NCBI GenBank assembly: GCA_965263065.1
Contig: CBDHGH010000003.1
Span: 1,796,537 to 1,860,536 of the forward strand
Reading direction: 5' to 3'
Length of the DNA stretch: 64,000 nt
Source: Dehalococcoidia bacterium
GTDB taxonomy: Bacteria > Chloroflexota > Dehalococcoidia > Bin125
Below the pieces are notes generated by a model, which had not been told where the DNA came from, ran no database searches, and saw nothing but the letters and a program-made list of their open reading frames with translations. Position numbers and translations under genes: made by a program. Positions 16,675-25,646 of the stretch are shown here, piece after piece. Position 1 is the first letter of the stretch, and every line of letters begins with the position of its first letter.

Positions 16675-19186
16675 CCCAGAGCAGCGACGCGAAGACCGAC
16701 CCCGGCGCCACGTCCTGCGAGACCCGCGCCGTGATCGGCAGCGCCGTACCGTTGCCCCGCAGGACCACCGCCGCCCCGTCCTCGATGCCGCGCGCCGCCG
16801 CGTCGGCCGGGTGCAGGTCGACGAACGCGCTGCGGCCCAGCCGGTCGGCGTCGTCCATCCGCAGCGCCGCCGACGTGCGGTCGGTGTAGAGGTCGCGGCC
16901 CGTCAGCAGGACCAGCTCGCCGTCGCCGCTGCTCTCCAGCGTCGCCACCGCGCCGAACGCTTGGCTCATCGCCCCGTTCGAGGGCTGCCGCGCCGCGCTC
17001 AGCAGCCGCGATACCGTCGCGTCCGCGTAACGGGCGTCGCTCGCGGCCAAGGCCTCCATCGCCGCGGCCGGACCCTCCGGCAGCGCCGGGTCGTCCCGGT
17101 CCATCGCCGACGCCAGCGACGCCCCCAGCGCGCGCAGGTGCGACAGCGCTGGCTGCGCGCCCCGCTGCGGCCGGTAGGCCGCCCGCAGGCGCAGCATCTG
17201 GCGGTCGGCGTTGGTCACCGTGCCGTCCTTCGCGAAGACCGACACGTCGGCCAGCACGTGCGTCGCCAGCGCCACCGTGTCGGTCGCCGCTTCGTCGATC
17301 ACCAGCAGCAGGTCCAGCGTCTCCAGCGCCGTCCGCACCGCCGCCCGATCGGGCAGCGTCAGCAGCGGGTTGTCCTTCAGCACGATCAGCGCCTTCAGCG
17401 ACCCCGCCCGCGCCGCCGCCAGCATCCCGTCGACGTCCAGGCCGGCGTCGCCGGGACGCACGCCCGCGTCGCGCAGGCCGATGGTGTTGTTCTCGGGCGG
17501 CAGCACGTGCAGCGACGCGGGCGCCGCCTCGGGGCCCGCCAGCACGATCGCCAGGTTCGCCGCCGCCCGCACCTGCTCCCCCGCCGCGACTGCGTTGTGC
17601 CGCGACGGCGCGACCACGACCGCCACCGTCCCGCCGGTGCTCGCGGCCAAGGCCTCGGCGGCCGCGTCGGTCTCCGGCGACTGCGTCGCCGCTACTGCGT
17701 CCGCGCCGGGGAGGCCGGCCGCCTCGCCGTCGCGCGTCAGCAGCGCCGCCGCGATGGCCTGCGCCGTCGCGCCGATGTCGCCGCCGCGCGGCCGCAACTC
17801 GACGGCGGCGTAGTCGTCGATCGGGTTGCGGCGCGCGCTCAGGCTGACCAGCGTCGCCCCCCGGTTGACCACCGCATCCTTGATTCGCACGCCCAGCACG
17901 TTGTTGCTGCCGCTGAGGTCGTCGCCGATCACGACGAGCGTCCCCGCCTCCTCCACCGACGTCAGCCGCCCCGGCAGATGCACGCTGCCGAAGCTGTCGC
18001 GCAGCGCCGCCTCGACCGCCCCCCAGACCGACCCCACGCTCGCGTCGAGGTGCGGCGTGCCCAGCCACGACGCCAGCCGCGCCAGCGCGTAGTTCTCCTC
18101 GGTCGTCGCCTGGCCCGACCCCAGCAGCCCGACCGACGCCGCGCCGTGCGCCGCGACGATCGCCGCCAGCTTGGCGCTCGCGTCCCGCAGCACCACCGGC
18201 GTCTCGGCGTCGAATGCGTCCTGGCCGCGGCCCAGCCGCCCCGCGAGCAGCCGCTGCCGGTCGCGCACCTGGTCGTAGCCGAAGCGCCCGCGCACGCAGA
18301 TCTGGTCGCGCGACACGTCGTTGCCCGCCGACGGCCGCACGATCACGCCGCGGCCGTCGCGCACGCCGATCTGGATCGTGCAGCCCATGCTGCACTCGGT
18401 GCAGACGGTGCTGGCCCAGCGCTCGGGCCGCGCCAGCCACTTGTTGGGCGCCTCCATCAGCGTCGCCGTGGGGCAGACGTCGACGCAGGCGCCGCAGAAG
18501 TCGCAGTTCGACTCATCGATCGCGCCGCCCGCCCCGAACGCCATCCGCGTCGAGAAGCCGCGTCCGGCCAGCGTGATCGCCGTCGTGTGGCGCAGGTCGT
18601 CGCAGGCCCGCTCGCAGCGCGTGCAAAGGATGCACATCTGCGGGTCGAACTCGAAGTAGGGGTTGCCGCGGTCGGGCGGCGGCTGCTCGTACTGGTAGTA
18701 CGTACGCGCCTCGTCGAGGTACGGCTCGACGTTCGCGCGACCCATGTCCGCCACGTCCGACGCCGTCTGCAGCTCGCAGCGGTAGTTCTTCGAGCAGGTC
18801 ACGCAGCGATGCGTGACCACGTTGTCGCGCAGGCAGATGTCGCCGGTGCGGCAGTGCTCCACGCGGTGACAGGTCAGGCAGCGGTCGCTGTGGTTGGCCA
18901 GGATGAACGCCATGACCTCCTGGCGCATCTCCATCGAGGCCGGGCTGTCGGTCCGCACGACCATGCCCTCGCGCACGGCGGTGCTGCAGGCCAGCACCTG
19001 CCCGCGCATCCCCTCGACCTCGACGACGCACGTGCGGCAGCCCGCGTAGGCCGGCAGCCCGTCGATGTAGCAGAGGTTCGAGATGTAGATCCCGGCCTCC
19101 TTGATGACCTCCACCAAGGGACGGCCGGCCTCGACCACGTGGGCCGCGCCGTTAATCGTGATGTCCACCGTCGTGCTGGCGACCAT
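16604..19186 (-). CDS. NuoG-like molybdopterin oxidoreductase (2Fe-2S plus 4Fe-4S N-terminus, Mo-bisPGD-type domain)
   Basis: The N-terminal ferredoxin-like module, CxxC 4Fe-4S motifs and large molybdopterin-oxidoreductase body resemble NADH dehydrogenase subunit G or formate-dehydrogenase-type subunits. Confidence 0.8.
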   Translation of the reverse strand: MVASTTVDITINGAAHVVEAGRPLVEVIKEAGIYISNLCYIDGLPAYAGCRTCVVEVEGMRGQVLACSTAVREGMVVRTDSPASMEMRQEVMAFILANHSDRCLTCHRVEHCRTGDICLRDNVVTHRCVTCSKNYRCELQTASDVADMGRANVEPYLDEARTYYQYEQPPPDRGNPYFEFDPQMCILCTRCERACDDLRHTTAITLAGRGFSTRMAFGAGGAIDESNCDFCGACVDVCPTATLMEAPNKWLARPERWASTVCTECSMGCTIQIGVRDGRGVIVRPSAGNDVSRDQICVRGRFGYDQVRDRQRLLAGRLGRGQDAFDAETPVVLRDASAKLAAIVAAHGAASVGLLGSGQATTEENYALARLASWLGTPHLDASVGSVWGAVEAALRDSFGSVHLPGRLTSVEEAGTLVVIGDDLSGSNNVLGVRIKDAVVNRGATLVSLSARRNPIDDYAAVELRPRGGDIGATAQAIAAALLTRDGEAAGLPGADAVAATQSPETDAAAEALAASTGGTVAVVVAPSRHNAVAAGEQVRAAANLAIVLAGPEAAPASLHVLPPENNTIGLRDAGVRPGDAGLDVDGMLAAARAGSLKALIVLKDNPLLTLPDRAAVRTALETLDLLLVIDEAATDTVALATHVLADVSVFAKDGTVTNADRQMLRLRAAYRPQRGAQPALSHLRALGASLASAMDRDDPALPEGPAAAMEALAASDARYADATVSRLLSAARQPSNGAMSQAFGAVATLESSGDGELVLLTGRDLYTDRTSAALRMDDADRLGRSAFVDLHPADAAARGIEDGAAVVLRGNGTALPITARVSQDVAPGSVFASLLWDGGAVQSLLPADGSLGRVEVERG

Positions 19187-19225
19187 GCGTCGTCCGCGCT
19201 CCTCGTGCTGCTATTCCCGGCGCCG

Positions 19226-19711
19226 TCAGTGGTGCTGGCGCTCGCCGCTGGGGTGGATCTCCTGACGCACGGCCGGCTGCCCGTTGGGGTACACCCAGTC
19301 GTGCGAGTCCAGGTACTCGTTCGCCAGCGACGTCAGCGTCGGCTTGTCGTGGTACAGCTCGTTGGGGTCCCGCACGACGTTGGTGTACGAGCCGCCGACC
19401 TGGATCGCCTCGTACGGGCAGGCCTCCGCGCAGAGCCCGCAGTACATGCACAGGCGGAAGTCGATCTCGTAGCGCTCCACCAGATAGGAGCCGTCCTCGC
19501 GGGGCTGCGTCTGCACCAGGATGCAGCCGTCGGGGCAGGCCTGCGCGCAGGTGCTGCAGCCCGTGCAGCGCTCGACGAACCAGACCAGGTTCGTGCGGGC
19601 GCGCGGCGGGATCGGCCGCTCCGTCTCGGGGAACTCGAAGGTCGTGGGCTCCCGCACGAGATGCTTGATCGTCGTCAGCAAGCCCTTGGCGATGCCGATC
19701 CCGTACGTCAT
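19226..19711 (-). CDS. nuoI: NADH-quinone oxidoreductase subunit I-like (2x[4Fe-4S] ferredoxin)
   Basis: Two CxxCxxCxxxCP motifs ([24 protein letters not shown]), length 161 aa. Confidence 0.85.
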   Translation of the reverse strand: MTYGIGIAKGLLTTIKHLVREPTTFEFPETERPIPPRARTNLVWFVERCTGCSTCAQACPDGCILVQTQPREDGSYLVERYEIDFRLCMYCGLCAEACPYEAIQVGGSYTNVVRDPNELYHDKPTLTSLANEYLDSHDWVYPNGQPAVRQEIHPSGERQHH

Positions 19712-20478
19712 GAGCCCGGCTCCCCGTGCTTCGGCAGGCCATGCATCGACTGATAGTTGGTGTCGTGCGGCAGCGCGCCGGTCTTGGCGTCGCGCGGCAG
19801 CCCGCTGACGCTCAGGTAGGGCGGGAAGAGCGATTCCAGCTCGCGACGGATCGGGTCGCCCTCGGGCAGCATCGTCGAGAAGTCACCGTCCGGCTCCGGC
19901 CGCCGGCGCTTGCCCAGCAGCCCCTCCTCCTTCATGACGTCCTGCAGCAGCATCAGCCCCGACAGCAGCGACTCCGGTCGCGGCGGGCAGCCCGGCACGT
20001 AGACATCGACCGGCACGACGTTGTTGACACCCGGCAGCGTGCTGTAGCCGTGCGCGAACGGCCCCCCGATGTTGCTGCACGAGCCCATCGAGATGACCCA
20101 CTTGGGCTCCGCCATCTGCAGGTAGATGCGGCGCACCGCCGGCGCCATCTTCCAGGTCACCGTGCCCGCCACGATCATCAGGTCGGCCTGGCGCGGCGAG
20201 GCCCGGAACACCTCGGCCCCGAAGCGTGCGATGTCGTAGCGCGCGTTCGCCGTCGCGATCATCTCGATCGCGCAGCACGCCAGCCCGAACATCGCCGGCC
20301 ACAGCGACGAGCGCCGCGCCCACGTCAGCACGCTGTCCACCTTTGTGATCAGCAACTGCTGGCGCAGGTCCGACTCAATGTCCGTCACGCCGCCGGCCGC
20401 GCCTGGGGGCGGCTCGACGTTCAGCACCGGGATCGTCTCGCGATCGGCCACGCGTCCTCCCCTTGTGAAGTCGGGCAC
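19708..20478 (-). CDS. nuoB: NADH-quinone oxidoreductase subunit B-like (NuoB/hydrogenase small-subunit fold) with about 80-aa C-terminal extension
   Basis: [26 protein letters not shown] and VPGCPPRPE motifs. Overlaps nuoI by 4 nt. Confidence 0.85.
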   Translation of the reverse strand: MPDFTRGGRVADRETIPVLNVEPPPGAAGGVTDIESDLRQQLLITKVDSVLTWARRSSLWPAMFGLACCAIEMIATANARYDIARFGAEVFRASPRQADLMIVAGTVTWKMAPAVRRIYLQMAEPKWVISMGSCSNIGGPFAHGYSTLPGVNNVVPVDVYVPGCPPRPESLLSGLMLLQDVMKEEGLLGKRRRPEPDGDFSTMLPEGDPIRRELESLFPPYLSVSGLPRDAKTGALPHDTNYQSMHGLPKHGEPGS

Positions 20479-20529
20479 GATGATATCAGCGCCCCCAGGT
20501 GGGCGATACCGTCGCGCCCGCGATCCCCC

Positions 20530-21693
20530 TCAGCCGATGGGCGACAGCGCCCGCAGCCGCTCGATCGCCTCGGGCAGCACCAGGCCGACGCGGTCGACCT
20601 GCGCCTGCGTGGTGCCCTGCCCCAGTGTCAGCCGCAGCGCCGAGTGCGCCAGGTCGGAATCGACGCCCATCGCCGTCAGCACGTGGCTGGGCTCGCTCGA
20701 CCCCGTCGTGCAGGCCGAGCCGGAGCTCGCCGCGACGCCCTCCATGTCGAGGTGCAGCAGGATGCTCTCGCCCTCGACCCCGGCGAAGCAAACGCTCAGG
20801 TTGTTGGGCAGCCGGCGCGCCATGTCGCGCGGGCCGTTCAGCGACACGTGCTCGACCCCCTCGCGCAGATGCCGCCACAGCCGATCGCGCAGGCCGCCCA
20901 CGTGCGCGTTGCGCGACGCCATCTCCGCGTGCGCCAGATCGAGCGCCGTCGCCAGCGCGACCGCCCCCGCGACGTTCTCCGTCCCCGCCCGGCGCTCGCC
21001 CTCCTGCCCGCCGCCGATGATCAGCGGCGCAAACGGCGTCCGATGCCGCACGTAAAGGGCGCCCGTGCCCTTCGGCCCGTAGATCTTGTGCGCTGTCAGC
21101 GACAGCAGGTCGACGCCCAGCGCGTCGGGCCGGATGTCGATCGCGCCCGCCGCCTGCACGGCGTCGGTGTGCACCAGCGTGCGCGGGTTGCGCGCCTTCA
21201 CCGCCGCCGCGATCGCCGCGATCGGCTGCACCGTGCCCACCTCATTATTGGCCGCCATGACCGTGAGCAGCGCCGTGTCGTCGCGGACGGCGTCGGCCGC
21301 GACCGCCGGGTCGACGAAGCCCTCGCCATCGACGGGCAGGATCGTGACCTCCCAGCCCTCCCGCTCAAGCGCCTCCAGCGGCTCCAGCACCGCGTGGTGC
21401 TCGATCGCCGACGTGATCATGTGCCGCCCCGTCGATGCCGCCGCGACGCCGCGGATGGCCGCGTTGTCGGCCTCGGTCCCGCCCGACGTGAAGACGACCT
21501 CCCCCGGGCGTGCAGCCCAGCCGTCCCGCCACGACGTCGCGCGCCTCGTCGAGCGCCTGCCGGGCGCGCTGCGCCTCGCGGTAGATGCCCGACGGGTTGC
21601 CCCAGCCCTCGCGCAGGATCGGCAGCATCGCCGCGATCACGCGCGGGTCCACGGGCGTCGTCGCCGCATGATCGAGGTACACCCGTTCGGACA
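20530..21693 (-). pseudogene. second cysteine desulfurase (IscS/NifS family) interrupted by a +1 frameshift in a G5/C5 homopolymer
   Basis: The N-terminal frame MSERVYLDHAATTPVDPRVIAA...LGCTPG (ORF 21365..21940) and the C-terminal frame MITSAIEHHAVL...SSGSACT (ORF 20530..21420) are both NifS-like. They join if one G is removed from the CCCGGGGGAGG run at about 21501-21505, where PGEVVFTSGGTE is expected. Confidence 0.6.
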
Positions 21694-21860
21694 TTGGCGC
21701 CTCATCTCCCTCGACGGCCGGGGCCGTCCCATGCAGGATATCCGCTTCGCCCCCACCCGGTCGCCCCGCGCCCCGCGACGCTCCATATCCTCGCCGATAG
21801 ACCCCTCGCGCCCCCGCTCGATATACTGCCCGCAACCGCCACATTCGAGAAGGATCCGCC

Positions 21861-22247
21861 ATGACGACGATGAACATCCCCGCCCTGCTGAACGTTAGCG
21901 ACCTCGCCGCCGAGAAGGCCGTCGGCCTGCTCAAGGACAAGGGCTTCGCCGACGGCGCCCTGCGCGTCTTCGTCGTCGGCGGCGGCTGCAGCGGCTACCA
22001 GTACGGCATGGCCCTCGCCACCGAGGCCGAGCCCGGCGACCAGGTGATCGAGACCGGCGGCGTCCGCTTCCTCGTCGACCCCGACAGCGCGCCGCTGCTG
22101 ATCGGCGCCCACGTCGACTACGTGGACGACATCATGAAGCAGGGCTTCAGCATCACCAACCCCAACGCCGCCAAGAGCTGCGCCTGCGGCACCTCGTTCG
22201 ACACCGCCGACAGCGCCGGCGCGTCGCAGGCCCGCTCCTGCGTCTGA
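21861..22247 (+). CDS. A-type iron-sulfur cluster carrier (IscA/ErpA/HesB family)
   Basis: Conserved cysteines (VVGGGCSGYQYG, CACGTSF). RBS GAGAAGGA upstream. Divergent from the frameshifted cysteine desulfurase. Confidence 0.85.
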   Translation: MTTMNIPALLNVSDLAAEKAVGLLKDKGFADGALRVFVVGGGCSGYQYGMALATEAEPGDQVIETGGVRFLVDPDSAPLLIGAHVDYVDDIMKQGFSITNPNAAKSCACGTSFDTADSAGASQARSCV

Positions 22248-22268
22248 GGCGCGCTGCCGCCAACTCGG

Positions 22269-22670
22269 TCAGTCCTCCGCGACAACCGTGAAGGGGACGG
22301 TGGCGACGAGTTCGTAGCCCACGTGGAGACAGAACTCGTAGTCACCGAATTCATCAATCGCGAGGTCCGGGATCCGGCAGATGAAGCCTGCGATATCGCG
22401 GTCGCCCGGGGACGGTCGCGTGAACTGAGCCGTCGTGCGCGTTATGGCGAATGTGTCATCGGGGCCGAGGAGCCGGAACTCGACATCCTTCCGCCCCGCC
22501 TCGTCGACCGAGTACGTGACCCCGATCACGAGGGTCATTGTTGGGATCACCGGGCTCCGTCGGGTGACCGGAATGGTCCTGATCGGGAAGCCCTCGATCG
22601 TCAGTCGGTCGCTGGCGGCTGCGTCCTCCGGCGTGACGGCTGCGCAGAGGAAGGCGAATTGCGATTCCAT
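22269..22670 (-). CDS. hypothetical protein (133 aa), lower-GC islet
   Basis: Coding-like composition, no recognisable family. Its first 20 codons overlap out of frame with the upstream 59-aa repeat-module ORF, so the true start may be the internal ATG near 22538. Confidence 0.4.
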   Translation of the reverse strand: MESQFAFLCAAVTPEDAAASDRLTIEGFPIRTIPVTRRSPVIPTMTLVIGVTYSVDEAGRKDVEFRLLGPDDTFAITRTTAQFTRPSPGDRDIAGFICRIPDLAIDEFGDYEFCLHVGYELVATVPFTVVAED

Positions 22671-22790
22671 TCCTCACGCTCCTCGGGGCTCAGAATCCGG
22701 AGAGTGACGGTCTTGAACTCCATCCCGCCATATGTCGCGGTCGATTCGGCCGGCTCGGACGGCTGAGAGTCAGTGGTCATGGCTGCCGGG
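22610..22790 (-). CDS. small repeat-module protein (59 aa; MTTDSQPSEPAES...EEREEWNRN...PPATD)
   Basis: Below the ORF-track size cutoff. Same N-terminus (MTTDSQPSE), central EEREEW motif and C-terminus (PPATD*) as the modules of the adjacent 107-aa protein. Confidence 0.35.
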
Positions 22791-22844
22791 CTCCTATTCG
22801 TGGTCCCATCCTACACGGAAGCAGCAGGGCAAATGCGGCACGCG

Positions 22845-23168
22845 TCAGTCGGTCGCCGGCGGCGGCTCATTCCGATCTGACTCGTCCCCAGGGGAAGGCG
22901 GATTGCGATCCCATTCCTCGCGCTCCGCGGGGGTGAATAGCCGGACCGGGCCGATCCTCACGAACTTGCCGAAGCCGAACTTCGCGGTCGATTTGGACTG
23001 CTCGGGTGGCGGAGAGTCGGTGGTCGGCGGCAAGGAAGACGGATTGCGGTCCAGTTCCTCGCGCTCCGCGGGGGTGAATAGCCGGACCGGGCCGACCCTC
23101 ACGAACCGGCCGTAGCCGAACTTCGCGGTCGAGTCGGGCTGCTCGGACGGCTGAGAGTCGGTGGTCAT
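22845..23168 (-). CDS. tandem-repeat small protein (107 aa; two copies of a 47-aa module)
   Basis: MTTDSQPSEQPDSTAKFGYGRFVRVGPVRLFTPAEREELDRNP, then STAKFGFGKFVRIGPVRLFTPAEREEWDRNP, then ...PPATD*. The underlying DNA has about 145-bp tandem repeats spanning 22870-23170. Confidence 0.45.
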   Translation of the reverse strand: MTTDSQPSEQPDSTAKFGYGRFVRVGPVRLFTPAEREELDRNPSSLPPTTDSPPPEQSKSTAKFGFGKFVRIGPVRLFTPAEREEWDRNPPSPGDESDRNEPPPATD

Positions 23169-23198
23169 GACAGCCGGACTCCTGTTCCTGGCGCCAGC

Positions 23199-23714
23199 CT
23201 ACACCGAAGAAGCAGCGTTCGGCGCGGCGACGCGCTGCAGCGCCAGCATCGTCTCGATGTCGCGCTCGTGCAGCGAGACGAGCACGTCCTCGACGCTGAT
23301 CGTGCCCCGGAAGGGGTGCGTCCCCCGCCGCGCCAGCGACCGGTCCGACAGCCCCCACAGCAGCCCGCACGTCTCGTCGCGCGACTGCCCGTAGATGCGC
23401 GCCAGCTGCCGGACCTCGACCGCCTCCGCGCCCGTCGCCAGCCACTCCGCCGGGTGCAGCCTCAGCTCCTCGCGACCGCGCAGCAGCTGCTCCAGATGCC
23501 AGCCGCCGGCCCGCTCCTGCACGGCCAGCTCCCACGCGATCTCGAGCACCTCCGCCGCCGCCCCCGCCGGCCGATCGCCCCGCGCCGCGACGAACAGCGC
23601 CTCCTGCACCTCGCCGCCGCCCTCGCGCAGCGCCTTCAGCAGCCAACTCGCTCGATCCACCGTCGCGCCTCCCCTGCCGCGCAGGCTCCCGGCGGAGCGC
23701 GACCATTCTGACAC
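23199..23714 (-). CDS. hypothetical protein (171 aa)
   Basis: Preferred over the antisense Arg/Pro-rich ORF 23268..23711. Weak resemblance in PAEWLATGAEAVEVRQLARIYG to Xre/ParS-type antitoxin C-domains. Not assignable. Confidence 0.4.
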   Translation of the reverse strand: MSEWSRSAGSLRGRGGATVDRASWLLKALREGGGEVQEALFVAARGDRPAGAAAEVLEIAWELAVQERAGGWHLEQLLRGREELRLHPAEWLATGAEAVEVRQLARIYGQSRDETCGLLWGLSDRSLARRGTHPFRGTISVEDVLVSLHERDIETMLALQRVAAPNAASSV

Positions 23715-23782
23715 ACCCGCCGCTCGCCCGTTGCCGCCGCCCGCTACGATGCCGCTCGCAAGCAGACGACAGGAGGCCGCGC

Positions 23783-23992
23783 GTGCGCACCGAACTCTGG
23801 GAGTCCGACCCCTTCACCGAGAAGCGCCAATCCCTCATCGACACCCTCGACAGCGACTACCGCTGGCAGAAGGGCGACGTCATCGTCGACAACCGCAAGG
23901 GCGCGCACGACCGCTTCCGTGTGATCGACGTGCAGGTGCAGCTGCACGACGACGGCCTGCGGCGCACCATCCTCGCGCTGCGGCTCGACTAG
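23783..23992 (+). CDS. hypothetical small protein (69 aa)
   Basis: Balanced amino-acid composition (K/D/E/W present), unlike the GC-artefact ORFs. Its stop overlaps the GTG start of the following UDG gene (taGTG). Confidence 0.45.
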   Translation: MRTELWESDPFTEKRQSLIDTLDSDYRWQKGDVIVDNRKGAHDRFRVIDVQVQLHDDGLRRTILALRLD

Positions 23993-24612
23993 TGCCCGGC
24001 CCGCCCGCCCGGCTGGCCGCGCTCGAGCGCCGCGCCAAGGCCTGTCGGCGCTGCCCCAAGGTCGCCGCGGGCAGCGCCGTGATCGGGCCGCGCAACGGCC
24101 CCGTCCCCGCCGATCTGCTGTTCGTCGCCGAGGCGCCCGGCTACCTGGGGGCGCTGCGCACCGGCGTCCCGCTGACCAGCGACCGCTCGGGGAAGAACTT
24201 CCGCGCCTACTGCGCCGACGCCGGCATCGACGCCGGGGCCGCCTTCATCTGCAACGCCGTGCTCTGCCACCCGCGCGCGACCGACGGGCGCAACCGCACG
24301 CCGCGCGTCTCCGAGGTCGCCGCCTGCAACGACTTCCTGGCCGAGATCGTCGCACTCGCCGACCCGCTGGTCGTCGTGGCGCTGGGGCGCGTCGCCCTCG
24401 ACGCGCTGGCCCGCATCGCGCCCCACGGCCTGCGCCTCGGCCCCGGCGACGTCGGCCGCCCCGTGGCCTGGCGGGGGCGGCGGCTCGTCGCGCTCTACCA
24501 TCCCTCGGGCCAGACCCTGGGCCGCCGCTCCCGCGCCCAGCAGGTCGACGACTACCGCGCCGTCGGCCGCGCCCTCAGCGCCGCCCGCGCCGCCCGCGCC
24601 GCCCGCGACTGA
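23992..24612 (+). CDS. uracil-DNA glycosylase family 4-like protein
   Basis: CRRCPKV...GPVPADLLFVAEAPG (family-4 GEAPG-type motif) and FICNAVLCHP. Start taken as GTG at 23992, in frame with ORF 23395..24612, whose upstream part is spurious. Confidence 0.75.
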   Translation: MPGPPARLAALERRAKACRRCPKVAAGSAVIGPRNGPVPADLLFVAEAPGYLGALRTGVPLTSDRSGKNFRAYCADAGIDAGAAFICNAVLCHPRATDGRNRTPRVSEVAACNDFLAEIVALADPLVVVALGRVALDALARIAPHGLRLGPGDVGRPVAWRGRRLVALYHPSGQTLGRRSRAQQVDDYRAVGRALSAARAARAARD

Positions 24613-24620
24613 CCCGCACG

Positions 24621-25541
24621 TTGGGCCGCCGCGGGATATGCTGCGCCCGCGGAACGAACCCCCATGCAGACTGCCCCCATGCAGATAGGCCCCATGAGAC
24701 CAGTCGAGGCGGGCGCATCGAGACCGACACCCTCCCCTACACGCTCTACCTGATCCTCGCCGAGCTCTCCCTCGGCGGCCTGCTCGCCATGCAGTTCGTC
24801 GACCTGCGCGGCGGCGCCACGCGCGGCTTCCTCAAAGCCACGATGATCATGCTGCCCCTGCTGCTGGGCCTCACCTTCTGGGTCGCCTTCACGCTGCACG
24901 GCGATGTCGCCGAGGGCTACCGCCTCGACGCCGCCCCCCGCGACGCCATCGTCGTGCTGCTCGGCCTGATGACCGCCGGCAGCGTCGTGCACAACCTCCT
25001 GCTCTACCGCGACCACGACCGCGCCGGCCAGGTCCTGGGCGGCGCGCTGTGCGTGCTCGCCGTCGCGGTGCTGCTGCTCACCGCGATCATGCTGCGCATC
25101 CCCGTCTGGGGCATGGGCCTCGTCTTCCTCAGCCTGCTGACCGGCAGCCTCGTGGTGGGCTTCGCCGCCGTCGGCCTGACGCTGGGGCACTGGTACCTCG
25201 TCACCCCGCGACTGCCCCCGCAGCCCCTCAACGAGGTGACCGCGCTGCTGCTGGCGCTGATCCTGCTGCAAGCGCTGCTGTTCGGCCTCGCCGTCGTCCT
25301 CCCGGTCGACGAGCAGCCGCTGGGCGGCCGCGACCTCCCCCTGCGAGACGACGTCACCTTCTGGCTGCGCATCCTCGTCGGCCTCGTCATGCCGCTGGTC
25401 TTCGGCTGGATGGCCTGGTCGTCGTCGCGCATCCGCTCGATGATGGCCGCGACCGGCCTGCTCTACCTCGTTACCGCCCTCGTCCTCGCCGGCGAGATCG
25501 CCGCCCGCGCCCTGCTGTTCGACTCGGGCCGGCCGATTTAG
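24621..25541 (+). CDS. polytopic integral membrane protein (about 7-8 TM), unknown function
   Basis: Hydrophobic helices throughout. The N-terminus carries a PHADCPHADRPHE His-rich repeat encoded by three 15-bp tandem units (CCCCATGCAGA...). Start codon uncertain (TTG at 24621 or internal). Confidence 0.55.
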   Translation: MGRRGICCARGTNPHADCPHADRPHETSRGGRIETDTLPYTLYLILAELSLGGLLAMQFVDLRGGATRGFLKATMIMLPLLLGLTFWVAFTLHGDVAEGYRLDAAPRDAIVVLLGLMTAGSVVHNLLLYRDHDRAGQVLGGALCVLAVAVLLLTAIMLRIPVWGMGLVFLSLLTGSLVVGFAAVGLTLGHWYLVTPRLPPQPLNEVTALLLALILLQALLFGLAVVLPVDEQPLGGRDLPLRDDVTFWLRILVGLVMPLVFGWMAWSSSRIRSMMAATGLLYLVTALVLAGEIAARALLFDSGRPI

Positions 25542-25646
25542 GGGCGTCCAGTCCCCCCGCTCACATCTCGCGAGCTCCCTCGGGGAGCGTGGCCTGATTG
25601 TGCCGGCTGGGGCCGCCGGTCGCAGCGAACTGGGGCGCCGGGGGGC

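Noticed and set aside
23268-23711. Plus-strand 147-aa ORF
   Set aside because: The product is Arg/Pro/Gln-rich. The opposite-strand 171-aa ORF has a more protein-like composition and was preferred, with low confidence.
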